From Nemertoderma westbladi (lineage: Eukaryota; Animalia; Xenacoelomorpha), in assembly GCA_032718475.1 (NCBI GenBank), contig JAUCBJ010005265.1:1-37315 (forward strand): a DNA stretch of 37,315 nt, written 5' to 3'. The notes below the pieces were generated by a model. It was not told where the DNA came from, made no database searches, and saw only the letters and a program-made list of their open reading frames with translations. This document shows, in pieces, positions 11,496 to 23,529 of this stretch; position 1 is the stretch's first letter, and every line of letters starts with the position of its first letter. The translations under genes and the position numbers were made by a program.

Positions 11496-12689
11496 GTTAT
11501 TAATATATCATCTAGTTGGGTGGAAGGCAGTACTGGAGGATTATAAATACCAATGTAATAAATATGGCGTGAGTGCGTGATGACATTTTACACAACACAT
11601 AGGTAAGTACAGTAAGTGGATGTTTTGTGTTTGCCTTATGTGATAGTGATGCATAGGTGTGAAAGCAAACCAATATAAGGTTCCATGTGATGAATATAAC
11701 TAATTAATTAAATACTTAGTAAGTAAATACTTAGTAAGGTGGCCTTGCACAAGTACTATGGCCAAATTGTACTATTTGTAAACGATATTTGTAGTTCATA
11801 GATGGATTATCTGTTGTGCTTACTGTCTCTTCATAGAATCAACTCTATAGTAATAACTGTTGTGGCTATTAACGCCAATCGATAACCTGTTCAGTCTATG
11901 AATGATGATGATTATATTGATTTTGGTAATACGGCCATATATATATACCAGGATTTGATTCATGCATGTTCTTCTAGTTGGTTTACTTGTGTTCCTGCAT
12001 CGCCTACGCCATATGTAAGGAGACAATAACTTTTGTATCATTATATACCAATATGATCCATATTATTACATTATTTGACTGTAAACTCTCACACTGTGTT
12101 CTTCATTCTTCATCACAACTCCCACTACAGTCCTGCAAATCGACCGGTTACTTATCAGGCTGGGACAGCGAAATCAAGAGAGGACACCAATCACAGTCCT
12201 TACCTACGACCCCGCGGTCAGTGGACCTTAGAATCCGCATGTTTCCCTTTAACATTGTTTTTGAGGCCCTATGTGTGTGTAGCCATATCTATTAAAATTA
12301 TGCATTAAGGTTAATGTATGTGCCCATTTAGATGTCTGATTTCATTGATTTTACATTGTACTATTTTACTTAGTCCAGTAATATTTTACTCTAAGATTTG
12401 ACAAGAACATTAGTTAGAAGACAAGTTAACATTAACATATATAATAAATATTCTTATTACGAACTATAATATGATCATAAAAAGAGTATAAATATACATA
12501 TATAATACACATATACCATATACATTATTCATACCCCCCTCCCACCCCTCCTTCATAAATTGTACTGTATTAAAAACGAAAGATTTACCAGCCGTGTTAA
12601 CATACTGGAGCTAATGGAAGCAACATTAGTTCTATAGAACATAAATCAATTGGATTCTGATACGTACGCCTAACATATATGTAATCAAT

Positions 12690-12945
12690 AATCATGCCGT
12701 GATAAAACACTTCAACTGGTCTTAGGAATGACAAGCATCAAATACTTTCAGTTTATAGCACAAAGGCATTTCAGAGCTTTTTGCACAAAAAATAGAAAGC
12801 TTATTTGCCATAGCTTCACAATTAAACAAAAGTAATTTTAATACTGTATATATTTTACCGTCCTCCAAGAAAGGAGAACCAAGGTATGTATAAGAATCAC
12901 GATATTTAACTGACAGACCATCTACATTTAAAATAGCTAGCACCT
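12690..12945 (-). mobile_element. Old LINE RT fragment
   Basis: YTYLGSPFLEDG ... KLKVFDAC matches the YxYLG thumb motif and the downstream region of non-LTR reverse transcriptases. Confidence 0.55.
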
Positions 12946-13421
12946 TTCAAACTTCAAATATTTAAAAATTGTAACATTTTCATATAAAAAAATGCCTTGA
13001 AAATCTTTCAAAAAATTAAAGGAAAGGCACTGAGAATTCGGGAATAAAACTTCAGGAGAAAAATATAATAAATCCTAGCATGTCCTCTAGGCAAGTGGAT
13101 GTCCTCGGGTTTGCGTGGATGATTAATATGTTATTAGTTAGTATTTAATATAAGTATTTATTGAATAATTAGGCCGATATTATTTGAATTACCAGTAAAC
13201 ATTATCCTGATATTTACCATTCACATTTAGTACATTAATAACCTAACCCCTCCATACCTGTGTATCAGTCAGCTAATAATACTTCAAAAGTAATAAGTTT
13301 CAGCAAGCTCTGGAAATGCCATCCAATAACAATGCAACAACAAATTTAAATATATCCAATAACGTATTTTAAATCAGCGATTATTTGATAATTTGAAGAA
13401 TATCATGTTTTTATCTTATAG

Positions 13422-13605
13422 GTCTATTATGATTGCAATTGGCATATGGACATCTAACATCCTTATTGATCTACCTGCTCATGTTGGATGGGGAAATCAC
13501 ACCTATGATTCACGCATGCTGTTTTGCATTTCTGACTTCCAAGATCCGCAACATTACCATTTTCAGATATATACAGTAATAACAGCTGCTATTTTACCAA
13601 TTGTG
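13422..13605 (+). CDS. Class A GPCR (melatonin-receptor-like) exon: TM4-ECL2-start of TM5
   Basis: Acceptor cttatag and donor gtaagt. Encodes SIMIAIGIWTSNILIDLPAHVGWGNHTYDSRMLFCISDF...AAILPIV (W4.50, ECL2 YD....C, P5.50). Ends in phase 0. Confidence 0.88.
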
Positions 13606-13744
13606 GTAAGTGATGCTTACTTCTGTAGTAGAAATTTGAATTTTCATTTGCTACACATTCGTAAACACACTATGCCTTAGAGTGGAATGATTTAAATTAT
13701 ATTCGGAATCAAATAATCGAAATTCTCGAACACAATTCCATAGA

Positions 13745-14463
13745 ATAAAACGAAACCTCAATGTTCGATTATTAAGGCTGCACTAGTACCACCAGTACTC
13801 TATATGTGAGTCCATGCTGGACTCTAACTGCGGATTATACCAAATCTCTGGATGCCACTTTCACAAGAAAGCTGCGTCGGGTTCACTGTGTCAAGTACAA
13901 TGAACACATCTCCAATCAGACTCTAGTCTCCCCAAGCTTGGCACTTGAACGGAGCCGCATCAGCTTTGCAGGACATTGCTTTCCCCACGAGGACCAGCCA
14001 GTGCATAATCTTGAGCTTTGACGGCCTCATTGAGTGAATAAGCATGGTGGACAACCCATAACTTTCTTGAGACGCCTCTTAAAGGAATCAGCACTATTTA
14101 AACTATCAGACTAAATGATTGCACATTTGTACCGGTACTGTTATTCAGTGGTTCGACATAATGTCATAATCAACTATGTGTATCACAAATAGTATTTGTT
14201 GAGTTTAGTTAATTTTATTAATTAAATTGAAATTTAATTAATTATTTATTTAATTAAATACTATTTGTGCTAAGCCTAGGTGATTTTTGATCACCCTAGA
14301 GATCCAACCACTTCCCTTTACTACTGTATGATCTAGCAAATGTCTTGGGTGATAGGGAATTGTGGCGGCGCAGTTTTGTCGAAATGACAGCACAACATTC
14401 TTAATATATATATGTAATATATATAATGCAGCTGCAATGCAGCATGTCGATAGTAGTAGTAGT
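13745..14463 (+). mobile_element. RTE-clade LINE fragment in a GPCR intron, interrupted at about 14096-14327
   Basis: Encodes CWTLT..LDATFTRKLRRV..RISFAGHCF..EDQPV. The 3' end with the (TAG)n tail resumes at about 14328. Confidence 0.8.
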
Positions 14464-14562
14464 ATTTGGCGATATTTTGTGCATGGATGTAAATGATAAT
14501 TTATATTTATTATATTTATATTTATCTTTATTGATGGCCATATTTTCTGCATACTTTTTTAG

Positions 14563-14691
14563 GTTATTGTCTACTGCTATGTGATGATATATGTATTTGT
14601 CAGAATGAGCAAACGAAAAGTTTCAGTACGGTCCCATCCTAAATCAACTGCTATGTCTGAGAAGGAAAAGAAATTGTTCAGAACTCTATCA
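14563..14691 (+). CDS. GPCR exon: end of TM5, ICL3, start of TM6
   Basis: Acceptor ttttttag and donor gttagt. 43 codons, VIVYCYVMIYVFVRMSKRKV...EKKLFRTLS, in frame with both neighbours. Confidence 0.88.
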
Positions 14692-14756
14692 GTTAGTAAA
14701 TTAATTATAACACATTATTTGAAAATATATTGTGTGAATATTAGTGTGTGTTCAAA

Positions 14757-14866
14757 CAGTAGCCCCCTCGGATAATAGACCCCCAGACAATAGCCCCCCA
14801 GACAATAGCCCTCCAGACAATAACCCCCCAGCCAGTAACCCCGCGGATAGTAGCCCCTCCAGACAA
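14757..14866. repeat. Degenerate ~16-bp tandem repeat (CAGACAATAGCCCCCC), probably a MITE end remnant
   Basis: About 6-7 imperfect copies are directly visible. Confidence 0.7.
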
Positions 14867-15192
14867 TTTTATTTCTTTGACCTTTTCTTTTACTTCTTTT
14901 ATTGGTATACAATTTTAGACGTAAATCGATATAATTCTAATGGTGTGTTGACAATTTTATAGATATTAATTTTGTTATTATATTTCATTAAATTATATGT
15001 TTGATATAAACCAGTCAATGAATCCGCACAACATTTGGGCCTGACCTACCTGGTTATTCGTGCCTTCTGTTTAATATAAACCCGTCACCATCAATGACGT
15101 CATATATTTCAACCTCCACACAACATACCATTTGGGCCGTAAACCATAAAACATTAGATAACTTGTCTATTTTTATGTTTTCTATATTTTAG

Positions 15193-15375
15193 GTAATAAT
15201 TGCTGCATATCTTTTTTGCTGGGGTCCATTTGTTATCGTAAATATTTGTGATATGAAGAGCCAATGGCCACAGCCCATTTACCTCATTGTAATATCATTG
15301 GCACATGGCAACAGTGCCCTTAATAGTATTCTCTATGGCATCATGAATTCTTCATTTCGGAAAGGATATGCCAAA
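15193..15375 (+). CDS. GPCR exon: TM6-TM7-helix 8
   Basis: Acceptor attttag and donor gttagt. 61 codons, VIIAAYLFCWGPF...LAHGNSALNSILYGIMNSSFRKGYAK (CWxP; NSxxY in place of NPxxY; N..FR..Y). Confidence 0.9.
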
Positions 15376-15653
15376 GTTAGTAGATCAAATTACTATGTTC
15401 AAAATTGCTACTCATTTCTATTCATTTACATATGTCAGAATTTTCTAGAACTATCACCAAAACAAATCTGATATGGGATTTGCAAAATTAGCACTACATT
15501 ATATAGAACAACATGTCCACTCTTCTATCTAGTATTAATATTTTACAGGATATCTGTCTCTGTTGTTCACCAATTTCGGTAATTACTAAACGAACTTATT
15601 CAAACTTATTCATTAAACATACTATACTGTAAGTACAGTAGGTCAAATATTAA

Positions 15654-17217
15654 CCCTATTAGTACCGGGCTATAAAATGTTGTACAAATACCGGGAGGGG
15701 GTCATATTGACCCCCCCCCTCTAAAATCTACAAACATTTACAAAAATGTCTGATTTTTTTGTTTGTACGTAGGTATCACTTGTCTGGATCCGACCGAAAA
15801 AAAAAATTTTCGAAAAAATGTACTGGGGTGGTTATATTGCAGCACCAAAATTACAAGTAGTGCACAATTTTCACCAAATTTGAAAGTTACATTTTCGGCT
15901 AATTATTTTTCAATACAGGTTTTCTAGGGTGCAAAATACATTGGAAAATATTAAAAAATGATATGATTACTATAAATGGCTGTTTAGTCCTCTCTGCGTA
16001 GGAAAAAATGAAAAAAACAAGTAACCAGCACTTTTCATTTAGAACACAAAATTTTTAATTCACTTAAACGATGCTATAAATTCACATTATCAGGTTTTCG
16101 AGGGCGCTGATTCTAATGGAATACATTTCTAATATGCCAGATCATTGCTACTTGTATTTTTCGGCGTTTTTTGGCAAATTTTGGTGCTAGCACCAAATTT
16201 CGTACCCATCACCAAAAAGTACAAGTTTGCGATGTCCAGTGCTGTTTTTATTGATTCCATCGGATTCAGGACCCTCCTAAACCCGTATAACGCAAGAAAC
16301 AAGGTGATACTATCTACTTGTCAATTTGCATATTTTCCAAAATTTGGTGCTGGCACAACAATTTTCACCCACCGGCGAAAAAGACAAGTTTGAGAACTCT
16401 TATGAAATTTTTAATGATTCCATTGAATTCAGAACCATCACAAACCCGTATAACGCAAGAAACAAAGTGACACAATCAATTGATATATTTGATGGTTTTC
16501 AAAATTTGGTGCTAGCACCACATTTTGCACCCACATCCGAAAAATACAAGTTTGAGATGTCTAGTTCGATAATTATATTTTCCATTGAATTCAGAACAGC
16601 CATAAACCTCTAAAACGCAAGAAATAAGTTGTCACAAGCAATTTTATCTATTGAATGGATTTTCAAAATTTCGTGCTAGCACCAAAATTTGCACACAGCA
16701 CCGAAAAATACAAGTTTGATACGCTTGGTGCAACTCGTATATATTTCATCGAATCCAGAAACCCAAAAAACCCCAATTGCTTAAAAAACAAGTTTCAAAC
16801 GATCAATTTACAAAATTGACTTATTTCAAAATTTGGTGCTGGCACCAAAATTTGGCACCCACCGAAAAAAACAAGTTTGAAATTTCTAAATCAATTTATA
16901 TGAATTCCATCAAATTTCTAACACCAAAAAACCGGTGTAAATAATAAATAGAGATGTTACAATTCATATTTAATGAAATGTAATTTTCAAAAAACGTCTC
17001 AAAAAAAGTGCCAAAAGTAGGGTTAAAAAATGGTGCTATAACTCGAAAAGTACCCAATATTTTTGAAAACGGTTTTCACTACTAGGAAGACAATAGATTT
17101 TTAGGAAAAGTCATAAAATGTCAGATTCCCAACTGCGTTTGTTTCAGAATTATAATAAAAAAACCACGGGGGGGGGGGGGGGTCATATTGACCCCCCCCC
17201 CCCCGGGTTTAATAGGG
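15654..17217. mobile_element. Non-autonomous piggyBac-type DNA transposon in the last GPCR intron
   Basis: TTAA on both sides (15650-15653 and 17218-17221). TIRs CCCTATTAgtaCCGGG / CCCGGGttTAATAGGG. Palindromic GGGGGTCATATTGACCCCC near both ends. No transposase ORF. Confidence 0.85.
16177..16960. repeat. About five diverged ~163-bp tandem repeats inside the piggyBac-type element
   Basis: AAATTTGGTGCTAGCACC-type anchors recur at about 16177, 16339, 16501, 16665 and 16828, each followed by CAAGTTTG and TTCCAT/TTCAT motifs. Confidence 0.85.
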
Positions 17218-17965
17218 TTAAATATTATCTAACATCTATGGGTGGCTGAATAGTGCCAATTAATAAAATGGAGAAATAAAGCCAATAAAGCCAATTACAG
17301 CTATTACCTTATAAGTGAACTACAGTATTATGACTAATATTACTAATGATAATGATATTACTGATTAATAATGTAGGTCTACATGCACCACGGTACACGC
17401 ATGCAATAACTGACTTTCATTTTCAGAGTTGCATGGCTTGGCTATTCCATGCCACTCAAATGACTATGACAGACATATTTACCTCCATGGATTCCATACA
17501 GTTACATAAGTCCTTATGTGGGGCGAGTCATGACGGCGAACCATCAGCGAACGGTTATAATTATACTATGCCCGTTTTCCAAAAGTATTTGTGCGGGAGT
17601 GTCTGTGTGGGTGCGTACGCAATATATAACGGTCTCCGGACAATTTGAATTGTAAGGGTACGAATTTTCCGGGTACGAATTGTCCTAACTTCATATATAA
17701 CTAGCCACAGTATAATTCAGTATACAGTTCGCTGAGATAGCTTGCATTTTTCTCCAGGAAGGCCATATTCGTATCTGCACTAGCTATATTAAACCGATAA
17801 TTAAAAAAAGGGGCAAACCGCGGCTACTGGCTTACTGGCCAGCTGCTACTGGTCATCAATCGACCTTATTGATAACCTATCTATTGTCAAATGCAATTTA
17901 GCCTCTCTTGTTTGTAGCAATGACAGTTAGTTGACATTTATTTATAATAATAATTTATTTTTTAG

Positions 17966-18085
17966 GTGTTCCCATGTTTGAAAGTAATGTGCAAAAATAG
18001 AGTGGAGCCGACAGCAACGGAAACTACAGTCCAAAGAAACAACACAGTTTCAACCATTGGTCAACAAAACACCGACAACCTTTAA
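17966..18085 (+). CDS. GPCR terminal coding exon (C-terminal tail)
   Basis: Acceptor tttttttag, phase 0. Encodes VFPCLKVMCKNRVEPTATETTVQRNNTVSTIGQQNTDNL*, with Cys after helix 8 and an S/T-rich tail as expected for a class A GPCR. Confidence 0.75.
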   Translation: MFPCLKVMCKNRVEPTATETTVQRNNTVSTIGQQNTDNL

Positions 18086-18522
18086 ACATTAAAAAATTAA
18101 TTACAAAAATAGAGTACGTTTGATCTGCTTTTGTTTATGTTGGTAGAACTTCATTTTGTGACCTAGTTTCATAGGCGTAATTTTTGTGACTTTTTGGAGC
18201 TGAATATACTACAGTATATATATCTGCGAGATATTTCCAAGAACAAGAACAACTGATATTGGAATCCAGCCAATTCAATAATTATGTTATTTGCGATTTC
18301 TTTTATTTAAATTGTCCCACACGGTGTTAAACGTTTAGGATCTCTATAGGCCGGCAGATATAAGCCATATTTTTTAAATGAACCTTGCGTGGGAGTATAT
18401 ATTAAATGTTTCGGGTTTTATTCCAAAATTGTAACATTACGAAATTCATCATGTGATGTGATGAAATGATTGTATATATATTATTATAAGTAATAGAAAC
18501 TGCACAAATGAAATTAGTTGCT

Positions 18523-18799
18523 GTATACTAGGCCTACACAAGTTTGTAATGTATTATTCCGCCAGCTGAATAGCTCTTCCCAGTGTGCCAACTAATAGTA
18601 TATTATTGTAGTATACTAGGACTACACAAGTTTGTAATGTATTACCCCGCCAGCTGAATAGCTCTTCCCAGTGTGCCAACTAATAGTATATTGTTGTAGT
18701 ATACTAGGTCTACACACGTTTGTAATGTATTACCCCGCCAGCTGAATAGCTCTTCCCAGTGTGCCAACTAATAGTATATTGTTGTAGTATACTAGGCCT
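18523..18799. repeat. 88-bp minisatellite, about 3.1 copies
   Basis: TATACTAGG recurs at 18524, 18612, 18700 and 18788, with near-identical intervening sequence. Confidence 0.92.
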
Positions 18800-20384
18800 T
18801 TACATGTTATTGTAGCTCTAGCCAATCAGGGAGCTAAATGCCAGAACATGTTTTTTTCTCCACCACCACCAAAAATCTGTAGAAAAATTTAAAAAGGCGG
18901 AAAAGCTAAGAGCTTCTTAATTAATAAAGTCAAAGTCCGGTGTATAATTTGGTAACTTTTAGGAAAATCTTCAATCATGCCAGTTGGTCATCAGTCTGAT
19001 TATTGATGCCAACAATATTACCAACCCAAATCAGTTAAAACATTTAGTATATACTTCCATGCAAGGTAATGCAACATCTACCGGTCTACTACTTTTTTGT
19101 TAACCTTACCGCCACCACATTCTCTTATTTGTGTGTTTTTTGAGTTTTGAGTATTTATATTTTTCTGGAGAGCCACGTTTTCCGTATCCAAGTCTATAGA
19201 AACTAATTGTTATAGTTACATCTGTAAACTTTCTCGGAGTAATTAATTTAATTGGGTTAATAATTATTATTAATCGAAAATGGAGTTAGTATTAACTACC
19301 CCTGGAAACTCGAAAATGCAAATCAGAAGGTTTATTTACTTAAAAACTTGTCTGAAGTCCTGTCTACACGTGGCATCTTTTAGAGTAACTTTCTCGGCAA
19401 CTAGCAACTTTTTTTGAGCAACTTCATTTAATCGCTGTTTACACGTGTTAACATTATCAGCAACTTTACTAGCAACTTTTAGAACAACTGGCTAGTTTGA
19501 GTGTAAAATAGTGGGTACTGCTGTTTCGGTATGCGTTTCGTACACCCTCACCAAATTTTATCTACTTGCTAGTTTTTGATAATTTATTTTTTTGAAATAT
19601 ACCAGAACATGTTAGTCATTTATTTTGAAAAATTAATGTTCTAGAACAAATATTCTTTGTTCTAAAACATTTTTTAGACAAAGGCCTGGTTAGTATTTAA
19701 AAAGCATGGATGGATATAATACGTGTATAAAATGAATCGAATATTTATATTTTAATCTTGAAATTTTTCATTTAAATCATCATGATAGCTAGTAAAAGTT
19801 ATGCTTGCTAATATATAATAAAAGTAATGTTAAAAGTAATTTTCACAAAAAATTTTTTTTTCAATTTTTATTGTTTCACTAGCTAATGAAAATTACTAGC
19901 TAACACAAAATCAAAATTTGTAGCTACAATCGTACTGTCAGAAGGTCAAATATTTGTTCTAGAACAAAAACATCATGATAAAAGCCATTTTACACAAGAA
20001 AAAATGGACTTCTGGTTTCTGGATTTCTCTCACACCCAACCATTTCATGATACTCATGTAATTTATCTTTTAATGTGCTATGTAACTCCAGGAACTCCAA
20101 TTATATTTTATAAGTTATTTTTTGTATGAAACATTATTTTTACTGGTGGAACGGGATTGAGTTGTTGGCACGGTGTTGTCGGTAGGTTCTTCATAAGATA
20201 TTTATTAGCGTTATGCAATGTATGCAATGTATGCAATGTGCAATAATGTAACATATAATACATCTTGTTTACAGGTACCCGTATCTATTATTTAATTATT
20301 ATACATCCGTCTTAAATTCTAAATAAAATATTAGTCGTATAGCTATAATATTAATTTTATCTTGATAACATTGTTAATTAAAGC

Positions 20385-21110
20385 TTAAGGGGGATGGGGG
20401 TGGGGGGGGGGGGGGGGGGGGGGTGGCTTAACGGCTTAGAGAGATCTATTTTAGTTCTGGAATTATCGTGGAAATTCTGTCTACCAATTTTTCTGTCAAA
20501 ATGTAAGACACTAAGACAGACAGAAAGACAACCGACAGACGGACATACTCCATTCAACCAAATATTAAAACAGACATCGGAAATGATTAATATTAACCAA
20601 CCAGACCCCATAGAGGTAGTTTTGCGCGGGACGGTTTGAACTTTTTCGCACGAAAAATACAAATCCTCCGCCATTTCTCAACCGCTTTTTGCAATTTTTG
20701 CTTTATATGAAAGGTAATTTCATAATTTAGTAACATTTCCCCATTTTTTTAATGAATAATAACAAAAAAAAACATGTTTCATGTCATTTTTTTGCACAAA
20801 ATTGCCAATTATCAGAAATAGAAATAGCTTGAAAAATATGGTGAACCACATGCTGGTTCCAAAAAATGTGGTATCGGAAATTAAAAATTGAAAATTACGG
20901 AGAGTATTCTTGAAATTTTTAGAACCTCACACGAACCTAGCGAGCGCCAAAAAGTATTTTTCAAATTATTATGTACTTTTGATGATTCGCTTTTCGATGG
21001 TATATAGTTTTCTATGCATTTTTCAAACATATTGGAGACATGAACTGTACAAAATAAGAAAAAATATTAAGGAGGGCTACCCCCCCCCCCCCCCCCCCCC
21101 CCCTTTATAA
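20385..21110. mobile_element. Possible non-autonomous DNA transposon with poly-G / poly-C ends
   Basis: TTAAGGGGG..(G)n at the left and (C)nTTTATAA at the right form a loose inverted pair around non-coding sequence. The TSD is imperfect. Confidence 0.4.
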
Positions 21111-21439
21111 GATGTAGTGGTGGTGTAGCGGACCTCCAGGGGCAAAGATAGAACTATATTGATAGAGCCACGATCTATCTGGCCTTGAAAAAGTATACCT
21201 TAGTGCTGATCGGTCAATCAACCTAAACCAGTAGAATTGTTACACACCTGTATCAGACTTGCGGAAAATACAGCCGTTATTATTGAATATACAGATAGAC
21301 AGATAGATATACTTACATTAAAATATGTTTTTCTTTTACAGTTACTATTGCCTTCTAAGCTCACCTACAGTGGCAATCCCCTATCAGAACCAACCCCACA
21401 CATGTAATATCTCATGAAACTGCACACATTGTATTGCCA

Positions 21440-21852
21440 CTTGACTGCTCTAACTGCTGTGGACACCAAATCTCAGGATGGGTTCTACTTTGCCGGGTTC
21501 ACTGTGTCAAGTATGCACACATTTTACTATTTAACATTGGAGGTGTCTCATTGGTTCCCCTTAGCTTGACACTAGAAGAAAACCGCATCCGCTTTGCAGG
21601 ACATTGTTTTAACCGTGAGGACCAGCCAGTGTTTAATCTTGTGCTTTGGCGGCCTCATGGAGAGAATAAGCATGGTGGACAGCCTATGACTTTCTTGAGA
21701 CACATCTTAATTAAAGGACACTGACCTTGAAGATGCGGATGATCTAGCAAATGTCATGGGTGATAGGGAGTTGTGGTGGCGCAATTTTGTCAACAAGCCG
21801 GTACAGCATTCTTAATAATGCGGCATGCCGATCCTAGTAGTAGTAGTAGTAG
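21440..21852 (+). mobile_element. 5'-truncated RTE-clade LINE
   Basis: Encodes RIRFAGHCFNREDQPVFNLVLWRPHGENKHGGQPMTFLR, followed by the family 3' end and (TAG)n tail. Confidence 0.85.
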
Positions 21853-22229
21853 GTAATACTTAGTGGTATTTTGTTTAGGGAAGGAATATATTATATATAA
21901 AATGGATGATAGTTTATAGACATTTTAAGTACATTCCATGAGTATATCAAAGTCTTAATCATTGCCAATAACATTAATTTATTCGATAATGATGCTGACA
22001 GATATTATAATGAATTAATGTGTCTGCAGTCAAATACAATTCTGTTGTAGATTTACAAAAATTATTAAATAATACTAGAAAGCCTGTGTGTGGCCGGCCC
22101 TTCGGGTCATAGCTTTCAGTGCAGGTGCAGATGATATACAGCCTGAATATGTGTGGAGAAATGTGTGGCACATTGGAGAACTGCATACGGAACAGACACC
22201 ACAAAATAAAACACCGCCCCCATAGGAGA

Positions 22230-22321
22230 TAATGTTTAAGAGTTATAACAAAAAAACATGGTGGGTGGGGGGGGGGGGGGGGGGGGGGGTCATATTTACC
22301 CCTGGGGTTTAATGGAGTTAA
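22230..22321. mobile_element. Terminal fragment related to the piggyBac-type element at 15654-17217
   Basis: TTATAACAAAAAAACATG..(G)nTCATATTTACCCC..GGGTTTAATGGAGTTAA parallels 17150-17221. Confidence 0.6.
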
Positions 22322-22461
22322 AACTGATAGTAAAATCCCACAGTAGAAGTTGTTGAAAATATAATTGGTTTTGATTGCAGTTCTGCAAAGACCTAAGCTA
22401 AGAGCCAACTGCACGTTACATTAAGTGGGGCCTTCGCGCAGCATTTGAAATAAACTTATGG

Positions 22462-22552
22462 TACTATTACTACTACTACTACTATAATAGTGCTGCTGCA
22501 TTGGAGCTGCATATTGAGATGCTGTCTTAACAAAAATATTTTTGCCACCAAA
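22462..22552 (-). mobile_element. Diverged 3' end of the RTE family
   Basis: (TAC)n followed by TGCTGCATTGGAGCTGCAT..ATGCTGT..GCCAC, similar to 11048-11130. Confidence 0.5.
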
Positions 22553-23478
22553 TACAATCCACAATTGGTATGCCCCACTCAGATTGCATTAAGAATTGTC
22601 TATCATTGGGACACTCAAGGGAGGTTTCGGTTGCAAAATTGACTTTGTTTATTAACGCGCTCGCATTCAATCCTTTTGTATTTACAAATCACGGGCAGTT
22701 ATGATAAAGAAATGTGGACAATAAAAGCAATAATAAATAACATAATATATTTCGATAACGTAGTAAAAATAATCATAAAATAAGGGGAGGGGATATGAAT
22801 GAAACATTTACTTTGAGTATATGTGGTTACAAATATCAGTAGAAATAAAGTGTTAGCAAAGTGAATGAAATGGGACGAATGAAAAGGCGAACAAGCGAAT
22901 GGACGGGCGAGCGGTAAAAACAATTTGTGACAACCAACCGGTGGAAAAATAGGAAGACTGACGAACTTGCTCAGAATGAGGTATATAATGGTAAATTATT
23001 ACATCGCGAGGTGATAACAGGAGGTCAAGATGCTGAATAGAGGGGGTCAGGCCTAAAACATGAGGTTTGCATTGATGTAACACATGACGGGCATACTATG
23101 GCTAACAAATTAATTGGTAGATTCGACCAATGAATGTGCAGAGATTCAATAATTCTGTTTGAGGTTGATGGGTGTTGTGAAGGGTTATTATTAATGATTA
23201 TATTATATAATGTCAGTGTATATCGAGAGGGGGGTGGTTATATGAATGAACAAGTGGCAGCCCGCTTTAACCTGGGGCCACTTACAATATTGATAATGTT
23301 AGTGGGACTGAGGGGGGCTTCTTAAGTGAATGATAAGTGGAATCTCGCTGTAGTTATATGGATGAAATGTGGAATCCCGCTGTAACCTGAGTCCACGTAC
23401 TGTACGAATGATTATGTTAGTAAGATGGGTGTGTAGTACGTATTTTGGTAATTAAATAGTCAGATTATATTGAGGGTG

Positions 23479-23529
23479 AGTACTCTGCGTTGATACCACT
23501 GCTTTGCAGTGGTATCAACGCAGAGTACT
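23479..23529. other. Library artefact: inverted pair of SMART / PacBio low-input amplification adapters
   Basis: 23479-23504 AGTACTCTGCGTTGATACCACTGCTT is the exact reverse complement of AAGCAGTGGTATCAACGCAGAGTACT. 23506-23529 GCAGTGGTATCAACGCAGAGTACT is the forward copy lacking the first AA. Confidence 0.97.

Noticed and set aside
11795-11885. GLSVV...ITVVAIN resembling melatonin-receptor TM3
   Set aside because: The two pieces are in different frames with stops, and there is no NRY/DRY or usable donor. Probably chance.
11554-12255. Possible third LTR (TGT...AACA)
   Set aside because: No matching target-site duplication or terminal inverted repeat was found.
20394-22414. Poly-Gly / poly-Pro ORFs
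   Set aside because: They arise from G/C homopolymer runs at transposon ends and are not credible genes.
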